Source: Podarcis cretensis
Lineage: Eukaryota
DNA length: 64,000 nucleotides
Reading direction: 5' to 3'
Assembly: GCA_951804945.1 (NCBI GenBank)
Contig: OX638154.1
Span: 54,064,001 to 54,128,000, forward strand
Below, piece by piece: positions 23,893 through 37,101 of this stretch. The stretch's first letter is position 1. Every line of letters begins with the position of its first letter. Position numbers and translations under genes: made by a program. Under the pieces are notes generated by a model. The model did no database searches. It saw only the letters and a program-made list of their open reading frames with translations, and had not been told where the DNA came from.

Positions 23893-24875
23893 CTGTAGCA
23901 TGCATGTTTTTGCTTATGCTTCAGAGAGTGCATTTGACAAATGCTGTCTCCGAAGGTTTGATGATGTCATCACTGCACTCTCAGTGGAAAGTTCCGTTGA
24001 CTTTAGCCAAAACTGGACAAGGTCTCTAGCACTAGGAAATGTTGTATTTTCCTAAGGGTGGCCAACAGAGCATGAATAGCTTCATATTCACAGCAAACAT
24101 GATGGTGATAGAGAATACCTATGTGAGATACAATATATATCTATATTCAATCAGTCACTGGTAATTCTATTCTGTGGCTCCCAAGGCCTGTTTGTAAAAA
24201 TATAGTAATAACCTATTCTTGCAGTTAGATCATGAGTTGGTTGGACAGAAGGAGAAGAGGAGCAGAACATGAGGAGGTAATGCAAGACAGTGTGAGGGCA
24301 GCAGCTGCCTAACAATACTAGCACACAGCTTCACCATTTCATTGCAGAGCTTGTGATTTGGGCCTCACATGATTGCAATAAAATCACAAGAGCAGCCATC
24401 TGGGTGTGTATGCATATATTTGGCAATCCACAATAGTACAGTATCTTCACAACACTGAGACCTTCTGATAGACTAATCAAAATGTAAAACATAGAGGACA
24501 CTTGAAGTCTGCTAGTGCTTTCACTATACTTCTCCTCATTAACATCTCGTATCAGTGTTGTGCTAGGCACTGTGCAGAACACAGAAATCATACAGAGCCT
24601 GCTGAGAGTTCTTGCAGCCTACAATAGCCAGGCATGACAGTGATGGACAGAGGCCATTGGGTAGTTGACAGTTAAGGTACAACAGAGGAGATGAGGGGCT
24701 GCTGTGGTCTGTATACTTATGGAAGTGAAGTGCTCAGAAGCAAGAGACACCTGTGATGGTCTCAGGAATAATCAAAATAAGAGATATTTGTCAACCAACT
24801 TCTTAACTATGGTAGGGGCAAATAGTGGCACCTTAATTCAGATGGAGTTGCAAAATGAGCCTTAAAAGCCATGTT

Positions 24876-24932
24876 TGATAGATAGATAGATATTCAGATC
24901 TATCTATCTATCATCTATCTAATCTATCATCA
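24876..24932. repeat. (GATA)n/(TATC)n inverted microsatellite
   Basis: tgatagatagataga-tattcaga-tctatctatctatca forms a 15-bp stem with an 8-nt loop, followed by degenerate TATC units. Confidence 0.85.
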
Positions 24933-25914
24933 TAATCTATCTAACTTGATATACTGTATTGCAATAGGCCCCTCTGAATCTGTGTGTTCTCTGAATGTGT
25001 CTCATGCTCAGAACAGTTTGAGCAAAGAATTTATAGCCAGCTGGGTACACATAGAAATGCATAGATGCATAGAACAACACTGTTACAAGTAATGATATTC
25101 TGTTTCTGACAGCAATGGCCGATAAGACCAGGTAGTATATTTTGTGACCAAAGACACTGGATGAGGGTGCTGGAAGCATGGTGGTAGGTGATGCACAGTT
25201 GATGACTCACCCCAGTAATACCTCCAGCCACTTGCTAATGATATTAATGGACTGTACCTGTGTGAGGAGCTACTAGCCAGTCATCAGCTACACACCATGG
25301 CATTGATCAAGCCACCCCATGCCTCCAACAAAACTCCTGCCATTAAGAGAATGGGGCTCTATTCCCCACCCACAATTTGGTTCCTGTTCTTCAGTGGCAG
25401 ACATCCTGTATCTGCCACATCACTTCCTTGCTATTCCTGCCCTCCTACATTCTACATTCCTGTAACCTGATACCTGCACCAAATTCATTGAAAGAGAATA
25501 GAATGTAAGCAACTGCAATTTGGATATGGTGAGGCTGAAATTCTCTCCACCCGCCTCCCCACAACTCCCCGCTCTGTCTCCACACATACACCATCATCCA
25601 TTTGCATAAACTATTAAGCAGCAAGCTAAATAGATGTGGCCTCTTTAGGCTGTAATCCAGCGCTGAGATGAGCTAAGCGCACAGCACTTACTGCTCCATG
25701 TAATCAATTCCAGTGCAGCACATTCATTATCGTTGCCTTTAGCATTAATATGTCTCATAAAGAAAATGCTCCCATGTGTTGCCCAAGGCCTCAGCAGCTT
25801 GTTCGCTGCCCCTAGTTCTCTCTGATTCCTCCTTTAAAAAAATAAGTAAATTAAAAAGCAGCTCTAATTATTGTCCCTGCTCCCATGGATTCCATTCAGC
25901 CACTGATCTCCATG

Positions 25915-26255
25915 TGTCAGTGTCGGGTTGTGGGCAGCTGTGTGAGGTGAGCTGGGGGCCAGGAACTATGGGATGAGCCAGAAGTCAGGAGCAAAGGACA
26001 AAATCAGTAAGCAGGATCACGGAGCTAAGCCAGGTGTCAAGACTGAAGAGCAAGTCAGAACTGGAGGACACAGGACTGAGATGCAAGCCAGAGGTCAGAA
26101 CCAAAGGACAATATATGAACACACCAGAGCTCAGAAATAGGTTCAAGCAAGACTCAACAGGCACAGCAAGGACTGCGCCTGCCTGTTCAGGAAGATCCAA
26201 TGGCCAACCTGGGTGGGCAGAGTCAGTTCAGGGCCTGAGGGTACTCCACTGAGTA
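25915..26255 (-). mobile_element. possible LTR remnant
   Basis: Starts tgtca and has a purine-rich run of degenerate gtcagaac/caagcca units reminiscent of antisense Gypsy-type LTRs; right boundary and TSD not found. Confidence 0.25.
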
Positions 26256-26375
26256 GCTATTCACATGCAGTTCAGTGGCTCACCGCAAGGGGAGCCATCC
26301 TGATGGCTTCCACCACTCCTTTCTTATGTGGATACAAGTGTCTGAACAATGTCAACAGAAGCTTGGTGAGCTACA

Positions 26376-26601
26376 CAGTGGTACCTCGGGTTACATATGC
26401 TTCAGGTTACAGACTCCGCTAACCCAGAAATATTACCTCGGGTTAAGAACTTTGCTTCAGGATGAGAACAGAAATTGTGCTCCGGTGGCGCGACGGCAGC
26501 AGGAGGCCCCATTAGCTAAAGTGGTGCTTCAGGTTAAGAACAGTTTCAGGTTAAGAACGGACTTCTGGAATGAATTAAGTTCTTAACCCGAGGTACCACT
26601 G
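26376..26601 (+). mobile_element. Tc1/mariner-superfamily MITE
   Basis: TIRs cagtggtacctcgggtta..taacccgaggtaccactg, TA on the right and CA (mutated TA) on the left; same family as 6477-6717. Confidence 0.9.
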
Positions 26602-27510
26602 TATATACACTAATGTTCTCTGCAGGATGCAGCAGGTGATTTTCCATGTCTGTCCCTTACAGATTTGAGGATCTGGTATGCTCTAATGTGCAGGTAACGT
26701 GCAATCTGCATTGTGCCATGCACCAGCCCAGTCTTCATCTGCTCTACAGACAGTTTCTGATTCAGGGTTGGCACATTGGGGAGTACTGAGGAACAGCATC
26801 AACTTATAGCTGCCACACACCATTCTGTTTAAGCAAGAGCCACACATTCTATTCCCATTGCTGCTGCTTCAACCCAAGTGGAGGCATGATTAACTGCACT
26901 CCAGGCATGGCCAGAGTTGCAAGGCATTCATCTTAACATGTGAACCACTGCTTCGGTCAATTAACCAAGGAGGTAAATCATGGGTGTCTCTAAAGCCAGA
27001 TCTCCTATAATAAGGGAGCAAAAATTTAGGTGGCCAGAAACAACTGGTGCCTAGAGCAGTTGGTCCTGGTGACTGGGTTGGTGAAGAGTCGTTGCTGTTT
27101 TGTTTTACGGTTTTATTTCACAGTGGTACTTTTAAACCTTGTACAGTGAATTGAATGCTGGATGAGTGGCACAGAAATATTTAAGGCCAATAAGATTAGT
27201 AAACGTAGCAATGTAAAGATAGTGATGACTTTCAGGTATGCATGCCCTCTGCCATCTCTGTGTTAGGAAGTGCCTGAATAGAAGACAAAAGGAATGCACC
27301 ACCATTACAACTGAGTGGATCAGTTCACAGGCTCCCAAGAGAGGCAGGGATGCTGTTCGGCAATAGAAGGAAGACGGACCAAGGCAAGAGGCAGGTTGTC
27401 ACAGCCAGAGTGCAGAACAGCAAGGAATCATCATCATCATCATCATCCGGTTGTGGAGGCACTGGGTTGCATCCCCTCATAATTCTGCACCAAGTGTCAT
27501 GGCCACACGG

Positions 27511-27511
<1 letters not shown>

Positions 27512-27542
<31 letters not shown>
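27512..27542. repeat. (CA)n microsatellite
   Basis: Read directly; a short (TCA)n lies at ~27427-27447. Confidence 0.95.
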
Positions 27543-27544
<2 letters not shown>

Positions 27545-30500
27545 TGCCACTGCCAGGGGGAGTCTCTGTAAGTTCTGCATTGTTTTAGCTGCTGGCCTAG
27601 CTCTCATAAAAGAAATAAACGTGCATTAGACAACATCAACTAAGGTGTGCCATGCCAGGGACGTGTGCAAAGTAAGGAATGTGATCAGTAAAATAAATCC
27701 AAATGAATCAATTTTTGGCATATTCAGTATGAGAAAGCAGAAGTTGTCTCAAGCCACTAGCCACTCCATATCCCAGAGTGGAGTTCAGTCATGGACTTTT
27801 CAGTAGAACGGAGTCCAAAGTTCCCTGTCGAGGTGCAATCTGGTGTGGGCAAAACTCATCCCTGCCCTCGTGCTGCCCACCCCCTTGAGCTCTGGGCCAC
27901 TGCCTCCCCAACAAGAATCCCCTGGCAGAGTAATGTAGGAATGAAGGTATCAGCTGGTAGTTGCCGTGAAGAGCTGGGGGAGGGGAGATGTGAGGACAAC
28001 ACTGAGTCCCCCACCTCCCAATTTCAATCCCCCTAAATTGCTTACTCTCCCATTAGGCTGCCTACAAATGTGACTGCAAAATTGGGGGGGGGGCATTTTT
28101 GCTCAGCTCTGCTTTTCAGCCTCTCCGTGATAACAGGCTTTTAGTCCTCTGATACAAGTAATTCCACACAATGGCTGGGATCCAAACTCCTTCAGGTGCC
28201 TACAAAGAGCGTCTTTTAAGGTGCCTGTGTGTACACAGCAGCGCTTCCCACTTTCTTCTTCTTCTTGACAACAGGTCTTTGTGCCTCATAGCAGGATGTT
28301 TCTGAAGTTGCTTCAGTTTTGGAGGCAGCAACATGGTTTAGTTTAAAAACTAATGAGTCCCATGACTTTTTTTTTTTTTTTGAGAAAGACCATTTAAAAT
28401 GTTTGACCTCACTAAGGTTTAGAAATCTTCTGATCTGCATTGGCCATTGTGACAAAACTCCAGGATAATGAACTTGATAGAATCAACACAGGCTCATGCC
28501 GGATTGTCAGAATATGTCTGACAGAGTGCATCAGAAGGCTGATAAATACACCGCTCTCTGATTGTATGAATGGTTGGAATGTGTTATACTTCCAGCTAAA
28601 CTAAATGTGAGTACAATTAACATGAAAGCTTTTAAAAATGCCTAATAGCAGCAAAGAATGAGTTCAAGCAGCATCAGGACTACAGGAAAAGGAGAGGGAG
28701 ACATCAGCTCTTCCTCTCCACTGTGATCATCCTGTTCAGACTTGCAAACAGCAGCAGGGGTGGCAATTTTTCCAGACTATGGCAGGGGAGGAAAGGGTTA
28801 AGCTCTTCTCTGCACTCTCTGAGCTCTTGATGTTAGGACTCACCTACAGCTGCTATACTTTTTTATTTTTTAGAAAAGTATTTTAATTGCATTCATGCAA
28901 TTAATGTCATGCCTAGTTTAGCCCTTAATTAATGTTGATCAGCTTGAGCACCTACACTATAGCATGGAGTCTGGATTTCCCTTCCTGCTTTGATTCTGGT
29001 AACAGAATTAGGGTGGCACTGATTTTGGGTTTAGTGGTCTGTGTTAGTCTTTGTTGCTGCATATTAGCATGGATTTCTGCGTACCAGGAAGTTGGGCTTG
29101 AAGCAGACAGTTAGTGGGCAGGAACAGTGGTCAGTTTAAGAATTCTAGGAAGCGTCCATTTAAAGGATTACAAAGGCACTACCTTCTTCCAAGGTGGCAG
29201 GTTCCAAGACCACTTACACTCTGGCACCAGTGCACTCCCACTGCTGGTGTTTGGAGCTGTATATATGCAGTATTACCAACAAACCTGTAGCTTCTTGAAA
29301 AATACTGCTTTTTGATATCTTTCCCCCTCAAATTACCTTCCACCTGATTAGAAAGCCACATTCACTTCACAGATGACAACTTCATAAATAGGAGTTGGGG
29401 AGCTGCAGGTGTGGGAAAACCAAATAATGTGCACCAAGGGAAGACATTTCTGCCTCATCTCTGGTGTACAGAAATGTGCAAATGTGACCTGAAATGCAGT
29501 CTGGGAAGGCGGCCGGGGTGGGGTGGGGTTTGACCTCGCTGTGTTTTAAGCTGCTAATGTGTACATAGCCCAAGTCTCTTAAAGCCGGTGACTGATGACT
29601 TAATCCAAATGGTTTGTTTCTCAAATGCTTTTCTGAGTGTTTTTACTCCCCTGTTTCTAGCCAATGCTGCTATGCAAAATTGCCACAAGTTCTTTTCTTT
29701 TCCAATACCTGATGCGTTTGATGTCCGTTTTCTCCCTCTGAAGAAATCAATGTCTGTATCAGTAGATGAATGTATTGGTTTTGCCTCTCCAAGACAAGCC
29801 TTTTCAAACAAGATGGTATATTCTGTAGCCACGTCATTTTAATTAAAAATATACCAAGGAGCTATTCATACTGGGGGCACATGAAAGGTTTCAGCAACAT
29901 GCCCTGGAGCAGTTCAAACTTAATAAAGTCAAGGTGGGCCTTGGAGGACACCAGGCTTGCCTTTGATGGAGCCAAATAGATTTATAACATCTTCTAACAG
30001 CAAAGAGTTTTGTTCTTAGCAAAGAATATTTGATGGGGTATATGCAACGTAGTGGGAAAAGAGTCATGGGGGTGGGGGAGAGAGAAAAGGAAGACTTTGT
30101 TGTTTTGCTTGTTAGAGAACTCAGCTAGGAAAGTGCAGCTTAACCTCCTCTTTGCTTATACTGTAGCATGTTTAATTTCAAAACAAGACTGGACCAGAAC
30201 ACAAACTCCAGCCTGATTTATCTAGTCTTGCTTCCACCTGCGATGTCAATTTGATATCTTAGAAAGAAGGCAAATAATCTAGGATTGGTTAGAAGGAGGG
30301 AAGAAAACAATAACTGATAAGAATATTTACTTTTACAGCACATAAAAAGACCAAGGGGATGGCCAGTGAAATTTGTAGGCAACAGGCTTTGTGACATTAT
30401 ATGACCTTCCCTTTTTAACCTGCTTGGCTATAGCAGAGAGCACAAGAAAAGTGGCAAATTCAGTTATCAGTTGAGGAAGTATGCTAGCCATGTTTACATC

Positions 30501-31716
30501 TTTGTCAGCTAATGAGGCCCAAGTACCTTTATACAATATCCACAGCTGCTGTGGCTTTTGCTTTCCTTTGACCGTGCCATACTGTCCCTTGCAAAAAGCT
30601 AGAGAAGTCTCTCCATTTCTGGCAAATGTCTCAGTTCATTCAATCAATAACTGCACCAGAAAAGGGTTGTTTGAAAGCCTTTTGATCAAAGATATCATGT
30701 GACCACAGCACAGCACATGACTCCCTATGGCATCAGAGAAATTCAGCCAATGGCAGCCAGAGGATATGACAAGTGGGTAGATGACTCATTTGAAGGATGC
30801 TCATGGACCTGCTGTGAAACCTTGAGGTCTGTTGCAAGTGTCAACTTCATTGAGACAGCAACTCAATCACATTTTATTGGATTTAGGGAATAACCTGGTA
30901 AGAGTAAGATAAGGAAGACTGAACTAACAGAAAAGTGATAGAGGAGAGAGGGAGGTGGACACTCCAGGAGATTTGACAGCGAATAATATTTGCTGTTCTG
31001 ATGGTTCACCATTGTATGAAATTATATCATTCTACCAAATATATATTACACACACATGCATTCAAAGAAAAAGAAAACAGTAAAAATTGTACACTGTTAT
31101 GGAGTTTTAAATTTTATATGTGTATATTTATTTGGCATATGCTATAGTAGTAAAAAGCTTGGAGGGAGAACTGAGCATGGAGGTTGGCTCAGGTAGTCTG
31201 CATCTTAGCCAAAGCCTTGTCAACTAGGGCATGAGTGAGTGAGAAGAGGAGGTCCCTGCAGTTCACAATTCTCATATCTCAACCCACAAGTTGCTGGTGG
31301 TATGGTAGCAAGCCAAGCAGTGTTTCTGCTATGTGTAGGGTGGGGCTGGAGATTGATATTAAAAGCTGCTATAAAGAAAAACTAAGCAGGCACTAGCAAC
31401 CAAACCAATGAATATGGTAAGAAGCTGAATTGGATAGCATGAAAAAGGATGGACATACTGAAAAGCATATTAGAATATAATTGGGCCCAACTCTTATCTG
31501 AATGAAGCAACTGCATATTTGTACCGCTTCCCCTGATTGATAGACAGACTGCATTGACTTGGGGGTGTTTCTGAGCCAAACCATGGCTTAGCCCTGGGGA
31601 GTGCAGCAGGGCCGACAGTTTACCCCATACAGGGGCTAATGCAACAGGAATATTCTGATGACTGCCTTTGTGGGAGCACTGATATTGCATCAGGACTTGA
31701 AACCAATCTCACAGAG

Positions 31717-32033
31717 CAGTGGTTCCCAAATAGCTAAGTACTGTTTCCAAAAGCCAAGCCATGAACCCCCTACTTTTGAAAATGTTGATACCTCTGTGGT
31801 AGTTTTTGTTTTGTGAATGGTGCCACCATACCCTCCAACATGTCCCAGCGCAAAATTGGGCTGTGCTCTCATGTGAGTTATGTGACCCACATGAGAGCAC
31901 GACACCCAAAAGATGCACATCTGGCTGCAATCTCACACGTTTTGGGGCTCTGGGTTCTCATGCAAGATGTCCCAGACAGTTGATAGATATGTGCCACAGG
32001 CCTCCTGGAGGACCTCCAATTGGGACCACCCTG
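31717..32033. mobile_element. hAT/Charlie-like non-autonomous element, degraded
   Basis: Termini cagtggttcccaa / ttgggaccaccctg; internal perfect 13-bp stem gtgctctcatgtg..cacatgagagcac; TSD not convincing. Confidence 0.5.
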
Positions 32034-33566
32034 GAGGGCTGTGGAGTTGGCTGGGTGCTGTGCTAGCTTTTGTTTCTACAGCTATTGTTGTGGCATGGAA
32101 TTTGCTGCTGAGAGTACACAGAACCACATTTATGCTATGCCAACATTAGCCCTAGCATAGAGGGACCACAGGATCATCCTGAAAACAAAACTTTGCTCGA
32201 CTGTAAGAATGCAGATGCTTAGAGCTCCGATTAGAATCACACAAGCACACACATATATATGAAAATAAATAAATCTGACATACTGTCAATGTTTAGATTA
32301 TTTTTCTTTTCTTTTTTTACATTTTCACAAGAGCAGGAAATTAGAGGGAGCAGACAATCATTATTTAATGGCAGCAGAAGCTCACTTTCAGATGCATATC
32401 TAGGCAAATTTTTCCAAGCATAGCATATACCCCCTCCCCCCAATATGAAGTGATTGCTGGTTTGGCATATACATCACCCCTGAGAGTCAAAGATAAGGGA
32501 AAGCCGTGCAGGTCAACCTGAACATGAATTGTTGATAAAATCTATATAGCACACAGCACAGTGGATTAGCATATATGTACAGAGGAGAGAGCAATGGCAT
32601 TGTAACATTTATTACAGTGAGCCATGAATGAAAAACAAGCATCAAACAGAACATGCACACTGTATGAGAAGAACAGGTCAACAGGGATTGGGGGGCAAGG
32701 GGGCAGACCTTGCTACCAGACAGGTAGCATCAGACTTTGACAAATGCATTTTCATGCCTGAAGTGAAGAACAAGATGGTGCCTCCCTTCCGTTCAATGCA
32801 CGAAAGTCAGCTGAACTGACAGATGAATCTTACTTCAAAATTGATAACGGTATAAATCAGTATCCATATATATAAATCAGTATCCACACATATGAGGGAA
32901 TTCTAATTAAAAATAGCACATAGATGGCATCACACACTAATACAGATTTCTAAAATAACATCTGGACACTTGCCATATTACTGGCTTGGGGGCAGAGGCA
33001 CATTTCCACCGGTTTATACTGGGATTGCTTGCTGATTTATATATTTGGATTAACGTTTAGAGGGACATCTCCAGTATATTTAGAAATGATATTGTAATGA
33101 CCCGCCCAATTTTCATTGTTAAATCTCTGCAATGGCTATGTGTGTAATTCATGCTCAAAAGGCCTCCTAACATGGATGCTGGCTGCAGCCAAAACCTCGA
33201 TAGTGGAACGGCGGAAAACACTGAAGGACGTGCAGTTAACACTTTGGTACAAAAATGTGTGGATACTAGTGATTTCAGACAAGGGTACTCACTACATCAC
33301 AGTGGCTCTCCCAAAGGCTGGACCGGTTCCGTGCATTAAAGAGTGTGTGGAGGTGTGTATAGCTGCTCTTTACTAGGACTGTAAAAGAAGGATTCAGACA
33401 AACATCTGAGTGATGCAGTCACTGAGTGCGGGAACCAGCCATTTGACTTGCCTGGCGCTACCAAACAACACCTCCTGGAATTCCTTTGCAAGGTGTGTGG
33501 TGTGGCAGGAAGAGGAAAGTTGTGTTCTTACACTTTGGCTATGGCATGTCACAGCTTGGCTATGGA

Positions 33567-33752
33567 GAGCTGTATCTCAGTGGCAGGGCATTTTCCTTGT
33601 GTACAGAAGGTCCCAGATTTAATCTTTGACATCTCCAGGTAGGCATGGGAGACACTTCTATCCAAAACCCTGGAGAGCCACTACCAGTCAGTGTAGACAA
33701 TTTTGGGCTAGATGGACCTGACTCAGTACAAGACAACTTCCTGTATTCCTAG
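33567..33752 (+). mobile_element. Squam3-like SINE, near full length
   Basis: A-box-like tatctcagtggcagggca, gaaggtcccagatttaatc, aaaccctggagagccactaccagtcagtgtagacaat, tail cttcctgtattccta. Confidence 0.8.
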
Positions 33753-36700
33753 GAACTTTGATTACTTGCCATCTTCCCTTTGGCTGCTCCTCAGGAGCCA
33801 CCCAAAGGAAATGAGAAGAAGTGGCTCAGTTAAGATTTGGTAGAAAAGATTCAGGATTGAGACCAGGGAGGGGGGAAAAAATATTGTCAGGAGAGTTATG
33901 GCACCTGTCACCAATGGAAGTGAGACCTTGCCATCACAGGTGGTTAGGATGCTGAGGCTGATGTAGCACAATGCTATTTGTTGTTGGTTGATTCTGTGCC
34001 ACAGATGGTCATGATTCTGAGGGTGGCAGTGACTTTTGGAAGAAAAAGAGAGAGTAATTTCTCTTACAAATGGTACATAAAAACAAAAAAACAAATAAAC
34101 AAGTCATCACTGAAGGAAGCTTAATTATCTGGCATATTAGTCCCTGGGAGACTGATTAGGGAGCAGGTAGAAATAATTGATCATTCAGTTCAGTAACTGA
34201 TTACTTTGTGCTGTAGTTTATCATACAGTTATCTCACTACTGTTGGCTTAATCACTGGACCCTCATTCCAGATATGGGGGAACTAGTTGTAGTGACTCAG
34301 TGGAGAGGTATAGGCACTCCAAACACGCTCAGAGGTATCCTACAATCAGCTTTCCAATAAAGTTGTCTCAGCTTAGGTATCGTGTAGTACAGTGGGCTCA
34401 CACTCCAGAACCCTATGAAACCAGGGGACCAACTTAACTAAATTTGTAGGATCTAGTCCATAAACTATATTATACTCAGTGTTCTCTAATTATAGATGGC
34501 TGGATATATAACCATGACTGGATGTGTGAGACACACTAATCTGCCAGGACAAAGGGTTCAAAACCAGTGGGAGCAACTGGGAACTAGCTGGGAAAGAGCT
34601 GTTTTGGATTGAGAGTCAGAACTACTACTGCTCTGAGACTAGTATCATTTGCCCATATGCAATTCCTTCTGTGTCCATATAAGGCCTGCGCAACCTGTAC
34701 ATTCCCTAAAACAGTAAAGTGACACTTACAAGGACATGATAAATCTCCAGTGCAGGTGGGTGCTTCGATGTACAGTTCTAGCAATGTCAGCTTGAATCAA
34801 CATCACAACTTTGACTTCTGCATCGACCACAACTACTGCCTCCACAATGAAACTGAAAGGAAGGATAGCTGCTGGCATTTCCACCTCCAGCTAGCAGGGA
34901 ATGTATGTAAATCAACCACTACCAGCACCCTGCTCCTGTAAGGCTGATAAATGGGGAAAATAGGGCACTTGTCAGCCACCTAATAGGTGTCTGTGAGCTC
35001 AGATCACAAGGAAAGGGGCTGAATGACAGGATTGGTAGGAGACATGGCCAGATTATAATAGGGCACTTGGAACGATTACACAAGAGACCATGCTTGCAGA
35101 CTCTGAACTTTATATCTTTTCTGCTTTTTAAAAGTAAGTCTCTAGATCTCCAGGAAGTAAAGTTATGAAGCAAAATGTGCAGCCAACTTTTTGAAGCCAT
35201 TTCTGGAAGATGAGCCAGTCTGGCTGCTCATACTTTTCAGTGTTTTAAGCCAGTGAGTAAAGTCTGAATTATGTTTGATGGGTGTTTGAATGCCAGGCTA
35301 CAGGAATCCCCAGGGTCCTAAAGAGCTGCTATTTCCCTTGCTCTTTAATGCACTCTTCCTGCTTATTTTCCAGTCCTTGAAACTGCTATAGTTTGCCCTT
35401 CCTTTCTAGCAACCAAAATTCACATTTCTTGTGGTGGGTTCATTTGATATCACATACACCCTATATTTTCAGCAAATACTATTGCACAATAGTAAAATGG
35501 GTGTTAAATGGGTGTTGCCACAAATGGCAAATGCAAAATGTGAAAATTTGGAAAGAGGCTTTGAGATGTCTCCTGCTGTGTAGGAGATGAACTCCAGGAA
35601 CTCATTAAGAATTCACTATATAGTTAACTTACAATGCAATGGTAAACATGTCTGCTCCTAAGTACATCTTTAGTAGAGCTTGACGTAGGGACAGACAGGA
35701 TTGCAAAGTCAAACAATTCCAACACAACTGAATTATTATGAATAGAATAAAAATGATTCCATAACATTTAAAAATCCATTTTGTTATCTCAGTGATTTTG
35801 CCATTGGGAAAGAACATTAGTAAGTGGAAACAGATTTTGTCTTTTTTTGTACTGAGAAGTTAGGAAAACTCTGACTGTGCTTTTTCTTACTATTTTACCT
35901 ATAAGAGTAAAATCATCACTAAAATGAAAGCAGTTCACACTGCTTTCCACAGTCCCCTATGCCCAGTGGCTACAGGCCTAAGTTAATCAATCCTAGGAAT
36001 CAATCCTTTGTGCATACGTACTAACCTGGGAGTAAGCTCAGCTGGGCACAAGTGAGACCTATGCATTTAAAATATACAGTAAACACGCCAATTTAATATT
36101 CCTTGAAGCCTTGAAGTTATACAAATTTGCAAGGAAGGAATAGCAAAAAACATGGTCCTTTATAGTACAAATATAAATTAATGGAACTGAAATTTGATGC
36201 CTGTGATTCATGCACTGTCCCCTTTTGCAGCCATTGATGCCTCTTACATCTTCACAACAGTGAAACTGTACTTGTTTAGAATATTTTTTTAGAATCCACA
36301 GAAATTTATGATTAAGACACACATAAAAAAAAAAATTATATCATTTATATCAGGCTTCTTCTTCTGATTCCTTTGTTCAGGTAAAGTGAAATAGTGTACT
36401 TCACCTGAATTTCCGGAAATTATGACATGAGATTTTGTGAACATTTCCTGTTTGGATCTAGTTCTGCCCCTTTAAGACCAAGCTTGTGTGGCCTTTGCCA
36501 AAGGGGATCGAACCCATGAATGAGTACCTTGGCACCCTGCATTCAGCTGGCACAGCACACGTCACTCACAGTTTCCACAGCTGATTGGAATGTTCAGAAC
36601 TGTACCCAGCAAATTGCAGCTTGGTGAGGGTTTCGGAGAAGAGAATTTGACACTGAGCAGATTAAGAAAGCTATACTCACTGTATGCCTGGAGCCCTGGT

Positions 36701-36965
36701 ATGTTTCAGAGGGCTCTTCTTGCATCTCAGATTAAGAAAAGGCAGTGCAGATACTAATTTCACAGCGACGTGGTTGTTCATATTCTGCCTCAAAGAGCCT
36801 CTGAGACTTAGCCTTTATGGGTAGGATTCACCTAATAAGCCATGTCAGTGAAAGCCCTGTGGAAGGCCCATTGCACAAGTGGTAGGCCTTGCACCCCCCA
36901 AAAAACTGGCTCAAGGGGGTGGTGGTGGAGGTGGGAGAACTCCCAGAACAGTAAATGGGCAATGC

Positions 36966-37101
36966 CAGTGCTATTTTTCTAGAAAAAGAGGTGCCAGAAC
37001 TCACCATGAATGCCTCCCTTGTTCTCTTATAATGGCAATGGCACCCACCAGAGAGGTGCTGGAACTGAGTTCCTGTGAGTTCTGGCAGAATAAAGGCCCT
37101 G
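36966..37101. mobile_element. hAT-type MITE
   Basis: TIRs cagtgctatttttct / agaataaaggccctg; 8-bp TSD ggcaatgc vs ggccatgc (7/8); subterminal gaggtgc..gaact repeats. Confidence 0.88.

Noticed and set aside
34750-34941. DHNY (HCF-1-binding-like motif) in a short ORF
   Set aside because: A four-residue motif is expected by chance, and the splice context is weak.
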